A stretch of DNA of 64,000 bases from Takakia lepidozioides (lineage: Eukaryota; Plantae; Bryophyta). The notes beneath the pieces are model-generated. The model worked only from the letters and a program-made list of their open reading frames with translations. It was not told the origin of the DNA and ran no database searches. This document shows, piece by piece, positions 33,101 through 44,217 of this stretch. The position numbers and the translations under genes were made by a program. Location: NCBI GenBank assembly GCA_030704615.1, contig CM060733.1:47988001-48052000 (forward strand), read 5' to 3'. The first letter of the stretch is position 1, and every line of letters starts with the position of its first letter.

Positions 33101-34700
33101 GTTATCCTTCTGGACATCGGCTTGCAAGGCTTTATGACTTGTCTACTGGTAAATGGCTCACCCTTCCAAACTTGCCGGGAGGTACAGAAATTGGTTCCCA
33201 AGATTTGATGTGTGAACTTCAATGGGATGCCAGTCCATTCGTGATGAAAGACGAGTAAAGCTAGAAGTAGCCTGCAAACTCCTTGGTAGGGAGTTTCCCA
33301 CTTGGAGGCTCCACCCAGTCTTTCAGCTGGAAGCTTTGTGTGTATTGTAACATAGATACATCCAGGTTCCACAATCGGCTGCATATTGACTTTTGACATG
33401 AAATACCTGCATTGATTTCCACACAATCACTGTCTGGGCCATAAGTGACTCAGTATAGTGAAGTTTGGGATAAATTCAAAGTTGGAGCAATGTGGCTGGC
33501 CTGAGAATCCTGCACATCTGCATCAAGGTCTTCTGTTCCGAGTATCACAGATTTTGGAACAGTCACTGTGGAGGATGAGGATGGTGATGAGGGAGAGGCC
33601 ACCCCTGTAAAAGAGAGCAGAAAGCCAAGGTTGCTGTGGCTGCTGGGAAGTGCAGGGGAAGACCTGCAAAGAGAATAGCAGCCTCCGAGTCCGACGAGCA
33701 GTATAGTGGAGGTGATAGTGACAAGCCCTCCAAGCAGAGTAAAGGTTGGTCTTTTCAAGCTACAAGGGCTGTTGGCACAAATTTGAACTCTCTCTGTAGG
33801 AGATATTCACAGGTCCTATGGGTTCTCACTGTGCATGCTTTGCAGTACATTTGCATCCACAACCAGTTCTCAAAAGGTTTTTGTATCCATAAGCGTACCG
33901 TCAGTGTGCACAGAGAAGGCCAGTGGACGTCTGAATTTTCAGTCATTTGTTTTGTCTTGTCTCTCTCTCTTTCCCCACAAACTGCAAATCCACAGGGTTA
34001 GTCTCCCACGGGGTCAATGGCTGTACGGTTTTGGCAAGCCAACGTTTGGAGGGAACTGCACCGTGTCTCTTGCCCCAAGGCTACATCAAACAATGTCTTA
34101 TGAGTACATTCTCTCTGCAACCCGGCTGTCGAGTTTGCATGCGGACAACTGCCTCTGCGCGTGCCTTAATGTCAGTAGTGGGAAAACAAGTTTATACCTG
34201 CAGCTGAGATGAGGGGATAAGCTAAACCCTGGTGGGTGCAAACCCCACAAAAGGTTCCGCGAGGGTTAAGCGGCAGGTCAATGGGTGTAAGTCTACGGCA
34301 AGCCAACATTTGCAGGGAATGGCATGAGTACATTCTCTTTTGCCCCCTGTGGACGTTTTAATATCTGTTTTTTCTTGTTATCTGTTACTGTCCTCTAAGC
34401 TCTTGGGTAAGGACTTTCAATACACATATCATGTACTCGCTACAATAGCCTGACATAAGAACAGGTAACTAATGGCGATCAACAATTTGCCAGGTGCAAG
34501 GTGCTTTCAATGTTCTCGTTTCCTCCTCATCAGAGAAATGTCAGGTACTGTGTCTTTTCAGAATATGGACGCGTTCTTTCTGCTGCTTGCTTAAGTGCAC
34601 GGGCAAGTGGGAAATGGGGAGGCATAACGATTTGTAGGCTAGGTCTTGACAGTTTGCCAAAGGAGCAGCATGGAAAGAGGGTTGTTGTTCAAGCGTTTTT
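30134..34700 (+). repeat. Segmental duplicate (copy 2) of the F-box unit at ~26-4360
   Basis: Long collinear near-identity with 26-2840 and ~3750-4360. Positions 1-25 match ~18572-18596, so copy 2 begins left of the hAT insertion. Confidence 0.9.
31984..33258 (+). pseudogene. F-box protein copy 2, with an in-frame TGA at 32848-32850
   Basis: ORFs 31984-32850 and 32866-33258 share a frame and are collinear with copy 1. It lacks ~160 bp present at ~1572-1733 in copy 1. Confidence 0.88.
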
Positions 34701-36093
34701 CAGCATCTTCTGTGACACAGCACTATGGTGCAAACCTTCCCTCCCCAGACCCTCGTGTTTCTCTCCTTCATCTAGTAACCAAATTCTTGGCCAATGTGGG
34801 TTTCTGTTATAAAGACACACGACTCACCCCTTGGATGCCGTTTGGTGTTTGTATGTGGGACTCTACATAGGGGTGTTGTCCAAGGCAACCCTACAGAAGG
34901 TGCGCAGGCAGACCCCAGCAAGGCCAGACCAACTGGGACCGATGGCGGGCGGACCTAGCGGCGAGGGCGGGGAGGGCGGGCGGGGCGGGGGCCGCGGTCC
35001 GGGGGCGGGCTGGGCGGCGTGCGGGCAGGGCCGCGGGGCTGCCGACCACGATGCGCGGCTGTCAGGTGGGGGTGGGGGGGGGAGGGCGACCCCACGTCCG
35101 TGCGGGCGTGCGCGCCCTGACCCACACGCGCGACATAAACTCCCAATTATTCAAAAATGAGAGGCCCCCACTATAAGGTTTCAAAAATTCAAAAGTTTAA
35201 AAAATGTATCCCATAACCGTTTGACCCCACAGTGTATAAGGGTTAATGCAACAGTCTGTTGTACAGCCTTACACTTTCTTCCGTTCATTCCTCCGCGACG
35301 TCCCGAGAGAGAGATGAAAATGCGGAGTGGGTTTGTTGGACGGAGGTCGCTTGTGAAAATTGCGAGAAGGACGCAGGTCGAGTAATGAGCATGAGCAGTG
35401 CTGGCATCAGTTGTGCTGGGATCCTTCCTAGTGCTACATTGAACTTTCCCTTTGCACAGCTCCGGCAATGCTATCGACACGGGACAATACATTTGTTAAG
35501 GTGAGGCTATCTCCAATCAGAACATGGATTTTTCAATCTAGGGGGCCTGTGACCGAAGCTGGGATGATGATGCTCATGGCGACAGTCTCTCTTCTTAGTG
35601 AAAAAGAGATGAGACGGCTCTTGCTGTTGGAACAGTGACTAATTCCCTGCTGTAGCTGAATTCCTGGTTGCTAAACTGCGGGCTGGTGGTTTTGTCACAG
35701 AAGGGTCCAAGTTCGCCAGACTTCAGACATAAGTGTACGAAGGAGGGCCTTTGGATTTACCTGTGGTCTAACCCTCCTCCTTGGGTGAAAGCAGAGCTAG
35801 CTGCCATGGTTGCACAATTCGGTGACGGTTCTAGCGTGGATGTACACCGGGGCCAAGAGTCCAGTGGGTATTGTTTTGACGATGACTTGACAGGGTTATA
35901 AAATTCTGCAATCAGAATCAGAATCAGAAGAATTATTATGAATTCTATTGAGTTTGAGTTTGAACCCTTCAATTGTAGTAGCGGAGGAGCCTATCCTCCA
36001 GAAGCCATCTTTCTTTGGAGTATTAGGATCTTGGAGATGTCTAAGTGAGTATGAGTGTAGAGATTTGTAATTAAGGGTTTTGAGTTGTGCAGG

Positions 36094-38837
36094 ATGGCAG
36101 GGTTGAATCTGGCACAGTGGTTTGTTGGAGATCAGATGGGCAGCACGGGTAGCACCTCCACCATGACCACTGTGTTTGAAAGAGGACTAAGAGAGGGGAT
36201 CAACAAGGACTGTGTTGGGACTTGTGGGCATATAAGGACTTTATGTAAGGCTGGACAAATCAAAGCGGCGCTGCACATTTTGAACCAAACAAGAATTCAA
36301 GTAGACTCCAACACTTATGTTTGTGTCTTGCAGGAGTGCATAAAGATGAAAGACCTAGCAGTGGGAAGGCACGTTTATGCTCACATTATAAATAGTGGGT
36401 TCAAGCCAAACATTTTCCTACTCAACACCCTTGTCAACATGTATGCCAAGTGTGGGAGTGTGGTGGATGCCCGTCAAGTATTTAGCAAAATGCCTGAACG
36501 AAATTTGTTTACGTGGACTATAATGATAGCAGGGTATGCAAAGCATGGGTGTGGTTGGGACGCTTTTGAGATCTATGAGCAAATGCAACAGGAAGGGGTG
36601 ACACCAAACATGGTTACTTTTATTTCTGTTCTGAATGCTTGTGCCAGCCTAAAAGCCCTGGAAAAGGGAAAAGAGGTCCATGCTGATATCAGCAAAGTTG
36701 GAATTGTGCCAGATGTCATTCTTAACACTGCCCTTGCTGACATGTATGCCAAATGCGGGAGCATGGAGGATGCACGTCAAGTGTTCAACAATGTCTCAAC
36801 GAAATGTGGTCTCATGGAGTGCAATGATCACAGGATATGCTCAGCATGGGTGTGGTAGAGAGGCTTTCCAGATGTATGAGCAAATGCAACAGGAAGGGGT
36901 GACTCCCAACACGGTAACATTCATTTCTGTTCTCAATGCTTGTTCGAGCCTAGGAGCCCTGGAAAAGGGCAAAGTGGTCCATGCTGACATCATTAAAGCT
37001 GGAATTGCATCAGACATAAATTTGGAGACTGCCCTTGCTGACATGTATGCTAAATGTGGGAGCATAAAAGATGCAAGTCAAGTGTTTAATAGTATGGCTC
37101 AACGAGATGTGGTATCATGGAATGCTATGATGGCAGGATACGCTCAGCACAAGTGTGGTAGAGAGGCTCTCCATACCTATAAGCAAATGCAACAGGAAGG
37201 GGTAACTCCCAACAGGGTGACATTTATTTGTGTTCTCAATGCCTGTGCCAGCCTGGGAGCTCTTGAGAAGGGGAGAGAGGTCCATGCTGACATAATGAAA
37301 GCTGGAATTGTGTCATATATTAATTTGGAGAATGCCCTAGTCAACATGTATGCCAAATGCGGGAGCATGAAGGATGCTAGGCAGGTGTTTGACATTATGC
37401 CGAGACGAGATGTCGTCTCATGGAGTGCACTGATCGCAGGATATGCTCAGCATGGGTCTGGTAGGGAGGCTTACGAGATCTATGAACAAATGCAACATGA
37501 ACGAATGCCATGCAATCTAGTTACATTTATCTCTCTTCTCCATGCATGCGCTAGTTTAGGATTGCTGAAAAAGGGCAAAGAGGTCCATGGTGATATCATC
37601 AAAGCTGGAGTGGCTTCAGATATTATACTGGAGAATACCCTTGTCGACATGTACGCCAAATGTGGGAGCGTGGAGGATGCTCGTCAAGTGTTTGACAATA
37701 TGGATCAACGAGATGTGGTCTCATATAATGTTATGATTGCAGGATATGCTCATCACATGTGCAGTAGTGATGCTTTCGAAATTTATGAGCAAATGCAAGA
37801 GGAAGGGGTATGCCTGACAGAGTCACGTTCATCTGTGTTCTCAATGCATGTTCCAACATAGGCACCCTGGAGAAGGGCAAACAGGTTCATGCGGACATTG
37901 GCAAATCGGGAGTGGCATCACATATGAATTTGGAAACGGCACTTACTAACATGTACGCGAAATGCGGGAGCATGGAGGATGCACGGCAACTGTTTGAAAG
38001 TATGGATGAACGTGATGTAGTCTCATGGAGTGCGATGATTGCAGGATATGCACAGCATGGGTGTGGTGGGGAGGCTCTCAAGATCTATGTGCAAATGCGA
38101 TGGGAAGGGGTGATACCTGATAGTGAGACGTTTATTTCTGTCCTCAATGCATGTGCCAGCATAGGAGCCCTGGAAAAGGGCAAACAGGTTCATGCTGACA
38201 TCACCAAAGCTGGAATTGTGTCACATCTTGATTTAGAGAATTGCCTTGTCAATATGTATGCTAATTGTGGCAGTGTAAAGGATGCACGTCAAGTTTTTGG
38301 GAATATGGCTCAGCACGATGTAGTCTCATGGAATGTCATCATCGCAGGGTATGCTCAAAATGGGTTGGGTCTGGAGGCCCTCCAACTATTTGAACAAATG
38401 CAGAAGGCTGGAAGCCGGATGGTATTACTTTTATATCTCTTCTCTCTGCCTGTAGCCATGTGGGCCTAGTGGATGAAGGCCGTCACTTCTTTGATTCCAT
38501 GAGTCAAGACCATGGCATCACTCCTACAGGAAAGCATTTTGGCTGCATGGTGGACCTTCTTGGTCGTGCAGGGTGTCTAAATGAGGCAGAAGACCTCATT
38601 AACAGAATGCCGATTGAACCAGGTGCTTCAGTGCGGGGGGCCTTGCTTGGTGCTTGCAGAATTCATGGCAATGTGGAGGTAGCAGAACGTGCGTCAAATT
38701 GCCTGCTGGAGTTCAATCCAGGGGATGCTGGAACTTATGTGCTACTTTCAAACATCTACGCCGCAGCTGGCAGATGGGATGATAAAGCAAAGGTAACACA
38801 AATGATGGAGGACAGGGGTGTCAGAAAGGCGGTCTGA
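36094..38837 (+). pseudogene. PLS-class pentatricopeptide repeat (PPR) protein with E domain; three frameshifts, truncated within the E region
   Basis: Repeated P-L-S motifs (VVSWSAMIAGYAQHG, TFISVLNAC, LVNMYAKCGS), then HFGCMVDLLGRAG, ALLGACRIHGNV, YVLLSNIYAAAGRWDD and MEDRGVRK. Frame changes at ~36795, ~37810 and ~38410. Confidence 0.92.
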
Positions 38838-38913
38838 TAGCTGACTTCTTCGACTCTGGGACTGGAGAATGGACCAGGGCAGACTGGTCTTCGGATCTCG
38901 TTTTTGGCCTATC
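38829..38913 (+). pseudogene. F-box copy 3, first fragment (GLIADFFDSGTGEWTRADWSSDLVFG)
   Basis: Matches ~32642-32725 and abuts the PPR 3' end. Confidence 0.9.
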
Positions 38914-41889
38914 CGGCCCCTGTGAATTTTGCGCGCATTGTGCTTCAAAACCTTCCCATGTTATGCTGCCTGCTTCATACTCGTCCACCAGCCTCACCAA
39001 ACTTTCTCTGCACCCGGGCTGCCATCGGAGAGACACAACCAGTGCATCCCCAAGGTCTGCAAGAGTATCCAATGTCAGGCCCTGTTGTGTCTATTCTCTT
39101 CTCTCTTCCATTGGTTTCGAAGGAAATGTTCTATGTGCTGTATCAAAATGCTTCTTTCCAGGAGGTAACACTGGGTATTTATCATGCATTTGCTGCAGGG
39201 TTTGAGGTGCAGGTAGTTTTTCTAGCAAAGCTGCTTCCTTGGTATGCGAGTACAGAACATTGTGCCAGTGGATTGCGATTGGAATTTCTTGCTGTAGCCT
39301 TGTGGCCTAGCTCTGGCCACTAATGCATATATCTGCTATTCCCAGCGAAGATCGGGGATTGGTCAGAATGTCCTGTAAATGGTCAGTGGGGCACTCGAGA
39401 CTTCTTAAACCTATAGATGTCTTATTACACACCTTGGATGTGCGTACTTTCAGGCATATAGGCTCTGGTGTTGCTGTCAAAGAGTTGTCTGCTAGAATCA
39501 TAGACCTAAATTAGTTCTCATATGATGGAGACATCATGCCACTAGATTTTCTAATTTTGTTGATCTTGTGCAGAATGGTGCACATTGGGCTAGCAAACTC
39601 TGGGCAAAGCCAAGGAGTGAAAAGTATGAGCAATGTATAGACTGCCACAAACACTACAAACATAAGTCACATGATGAGTCATTTAGTTGCAGGCTACTCT
39701 GACTGTTGTATGGCCAAAGCGATGAGTGAGAGGTAGAGTCGAGTGCTTCATTTACTACATCTTTACTTAAGAAAGCTTCATAATGAGCCCTGTTTCATTT
39801 GCGCAAACATCATGGAGGGTATGAGTATTCTCTTACCTGTCTATGCTGTGGCTTGCTCCTAGATAAACAGGACCTGGAGAGGGAACAAATAGTTACCTTC
39901 TTGTCAATGCAAATGGTGGTCTAAATGAAATGCGAGCTGGGGTAAGTATTCAGATGTTAAGTGTCTTCATCTCATTTCGGTTCCTTTTTGCATCTATTCC
40001 TGTCTCATCTTATCAACACAGTTGGGAATGCCTAGAAGTATGAATCCTCTACTGGAGAATAGCCTAAACTATGACGATGTCCAGTTTTGAAAGTTCAGAC
40101 CACAAGCTGAAGACAAGCAAAAGTGCAATGTGCCCTACAGGAATTTCTTACTACAAAAAGAACTATGCATAAATTATATGCCACCATATAACTTAGGAGA
40201 GTAAAATATTGCTCAACCTCTCCACACTGAATGGGCTGACGGGCGTATAAGCACATTGGAGGCTACAGTAGCAACTGACCTTCGCTCGTGGGACTCTGCA
40301 GATCTGTGACATGGTTGCAATCGCAAGGCTGATGAATGCTACGCTGGTTGTTCCAACCCTGGACCATAGCTCTTTCTGGGCTGACCCCAGGTGTGCACCA
40401 ACTCCCTTTCCTGTTTTACACACCACTCTACACCACTGTTTGTCCCTAGGAGTTTTGGTTGCATTAAGTTACCAAAACTAAGCAGAGGGCACACAATCAG
40501 TGTATACAAGGGCTCTTGAAATGGAAAGATTTATGCAGCTAATAGTACAAAGCTGTCGGTTTTATGAGAAAGCGATCCAATATTGGTGTATGCAGTGAAT
40601 TCAAAGACATTTTCAATGTGGAATATTTCATCAATAGAGTCCAGGAAGATGTGCGAATTGTGGAGGCATTGCCAGCCTCTTTGGCTGGAATTGAGCCCAT
40701 GAAGAAGGCGCCAGTCTCGTGGTCCAAGGTGAGCAATCACATCAAGTTTTGAGGCAAGGATATCCGTATGTTTAGAACAGAATGAGATATGGGTAGAAGA
40801 GTCCCCATTCGCTGCTACTGTGTTCCAATTCCTGGTGAATGAGAACTTTGGCGTTGTACAAAGCTGACCAAATATGAAAAAGAAGAAGACTCTGGCTGAA
40901 ACCGGCGTAACTAAGAGCTCAATTCTCCTCGTGGCTACTGTCCCCTTTCAGTGGGCTCTATAACCAAATATGACCTTTGTTAGGATAATCGGCTGCCAAG
41001 GTACTGGTGTTGTAAGTTGTTTCGTGATTCTGAAAATTAAGGTTCTGCCTACACCAGTTGTATGGATATGCAAGCGACCTGTTCTATTCGACTCAATTGA
41101 GCATTGTAGCTCCTGTCTTTTATTTCCTATTGGCAAGTTCAACATTCATAATTCATGAGTGAGTTCAAGTTCATGAGGAAGTGGTGTCGCTAGTCAAGTT
41201 CAGTTTGTCTCTATCTGGCTCCCTTTCTTCCCCTCAGAACTTGTTCTCTCTCTATGATACAGAGATATGTGCACATGTAATGATGTGGTCTGACCAGGCA
41301 CCATACTACAAGGAGTTAGTGCCATTGCTTAAGCAGCAGAAGGTGCTGTATTTCACGCATGCCGACGCACGGTTAGCCAGCAATGATATACCTTACTCAA
41401 TTCAGCAGCTACGGGGCCGTGCCAATTATGGTGCTCTGAAGTTTGCAGAACCAATTCAAACACTTGGCCATTCTTTGGTCGAGCGCATGCATGATGGGCA
41501 CCCCTACATTGCTCTGCATCTGCGGTAAGGCTCACTTTGTCCTAATGTAGACTGATTTTTTTCCTTCCACTTCTTCATCATAAAATAATTGGGCAGCCAC
41601 TGCCACATTTGAACACCAGCCTGCACTCAGTCAATCTTCCAGCGGTTGCACCTGTTGAGTAGCTTGATTCACTCCTTCACTCCATACACAGTGAGTGCAT
41701 TCCCAGAACTGCTCTCTCTCTTATTGAACCGACTTATAAATGTGCAGATATGAGAAAGACATGTTGACACTCACTGCTGTGCTCATGGGCTTCACATCAG
41801 AGGAAGCTGAAGAGCTTCGGCAGATGCGGTACGAAGTTAAACACTGGGAAGAAAAAGAAATTGATGGAGAGGAATAAAGAAAGCAAGGG
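38914..41889 (+). pseudogene. Intron-containing 3'-truncated fragment of a plant O-fucosyltransferase family gene
   Basis: Exons LWAKPRSEKYEQC (~39590), YLLVNANGGLNEMRAG (~39890), [29 protein letters not shown] (~40302), SEFKDIF..KKAPVSWSK (~40596), YFTHADARLASN..YIALHLR (~41298-41524) and [17 protein letters not shown] (~41748). Has GT-AG introns and a stop near 41875. Confidence 0.88.
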
Positions 41890-43573
41890 GGCTATCAATA
41901 CCGTTGGGGGATGGTAGAAGACTTTCTTGCTAAGCTCATGCAGTTTTCCTTCTTGACAGTCATACGGGATTTGCGTTGGTCCTTGTGCGTATGACTGTCA
42001 AGAAGGACAACTGCTTGAGCTTAGCAACAATCCGTAGCATCTAAGCAAAGTTGTGCACTTGTAAAGGATCATTTGTTTGTCCTGCACGAGGAGGGACATG
42101 AGGACACGGAGAACCCTGGGTATTTGATACCAGAGTATTGTATTACAGAGTTCCAAAGCCAAAAGGGTGCACCAAATTGGATAAAATTGAGGGATCACAG
42201 CTGTAGCGGTTTTGGGCACCCTCCATCAAGGGCACGCTTCTTCATGAGGCTTTACCCATACAAAGGTTTCCTGCTGGTAGTTGCGTCCAATGATGAAGGT
42301 TATCCTTCTGGACATGGCTTGCGGCTTTATGACTTGTCTACTAGTAAATGGCTCACCCTTCCAAACTTGCCGGGAGATACAGAGATTGGTTCCGTAGATT
42401 TGATGTGTGAACTTCAATGCCAGTCCATTCACGACGGAAGATGAATACTTAAAAGCTAGGAGTAGCCTGCAAATTGGTAGGGAGTTTGCCACTTGGAGGC
42501 TCCACCTTTCAGCTGGAGGCTTGTGTGTATTGTATGGTCCAGATGTAAGATAGATACATCCAGGTTCGACAATCGGCTGCATATTGACTTTTGACATGAA
42601 ATCCCTGCATTGATTTCCACGCAATGACTGTCTGGCCCATAAGTGACTAAGTAAAGTAAAGTTTGGAATAGATATCAGCTCTCTTCAAAGTTGGACCAAT
42701 GTGCTGGCCCTAGAGTATCAAATTTTTTGGAACAGTCACTGTGGAGGATGAGGATGGTGATGAGGAAGAGGCCACCCCTGAAAAAGAGGGCAGAAAGCGC
42801 AAGGTTGCTGTGGCTGCTGCGAAGTGCAGGGGAAGATCTGCGAAGAGAATAGCAGCCTCCGAGTCCGACGAGGAGTATAGTGGAGATGATAGTGACGAAC
42901 CCTCCAAGCAGAGCAAAGGTTGTTTTTTTTAAAGCTACAAGGGCTGTTGGCTTAAATTTGAACTCTCTCTGTAGTAGCGGATATTCACAGGTCCTATGGG
43001 TTCTAACTGTGCATGCTTTGCACCACATTTGCATCCACAACCAGCTCTCAAAGGTTTCTGTATCCATAAGCCTATCGTCAGTGTGCACAGGGAAGGCCAA
43101 TGGACGTCTTAATTTTCAGTCATTTGTTTTGTCTTGTCCCTCTGTCTTGCCCCACAAACTCAAACTCCACAGGGTTAGTCTCCCACGGGGTCGATGGCTG
43201 TAAGGTTTTGGCAAGCAAACATTGGAACTGCACCGCCTCTCTTGCAAGGCTACATCAAATAATGTCTTATGAGTACATTCTCTCTGCTACGGGGCTGTCG
43301 AGTTTGCATGCAGACAAATACCTCTGCGCGTGCATTAATGTCAGTAGTGGGAAAGCAAGTTTATAGCTGCAGCTGAGATGAGGGGACAAGTTAAACCCTG
43401 GTGGGCAATGGCTGCAAGTCTATGGTAAGCCAACATTCGCAGGGAATGGCATGTATACATTCTCTCTTGCCTCCTGTGAACGTTTTAATCTGTTTTTTCT
43501 TGTTATCCGTTACTGTCCTCTAAGCTCTTGGGTAAGGACTTTCAATACACATATCATGTACTCGCTAGCCTGA
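41890..43573 (+). pseudogene. F-box copy 3, 3' fragment plus duplicated downstream flank
   Basis: Resumes exactly at GGCTATCAATAC. ORF 42073-42444 is collinear with the C-termini of copies 1 and 2, and the flank matches ~33260-34455. Confidence 0.9.
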
Positions 43574-44217
43574 CCAATACCAACATTTCAATTGGGTCTT
43601 AAACTATTTAACTAACAGTTAATCTTTAGCTAGGTAATCTCAAAAGGACAATCTCAATGGGAAGTTTACGACCCCTAATAACGATCTAATATGTATTACT
43701 GAGAAGCCTCATGTAAAGCCTACTGCTCACTACACATCACACCTGAGGCCTACCCTTGAAGTAAATGTGGTGAGACCACAAGTAAACGGCGAGGAGGATA
43801 CTTGTGGGCAACTGTGAAAACATCTTAGGACGCATGAAAAATCCAATCTACTCTTATTTCATCTTGTCAACAATGTTACAGAGGCTCTGCTGGCCAGCAG
43901 AAAAGACCCTAACAATTCGAGTTGGGGACCAATAGCCCAAGGTCTCCAACCTACTTCGACAATGAGAAATAACCTGAACACTAACCTGGGGTTGGAGAAG
44001 ACAAATATAACTGTCACGAGTATACTAACAAAACGGGTTTGTCCTTTGTGCATTGCAGATTAATAAGATACCAGCCACAAAGGAACATGAGAACAAGCAG
44101 ACACAAAAGAAACAAGAAAGGATTGATGGATGGATTGATACTCTCCAGACTGGCAAAATTGTGACCCTAACTCCCATGAGAGAGAGGTAGCTGTTGCAAA
44201 AGATGCTGTAAGGGAAG

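Noticed and set aside
34831-35160. Gly/Arg-rich 109-aa ORF
   Set aside because: Artefact of the GC-rich island, which has few stop codons; no recognisable domain.
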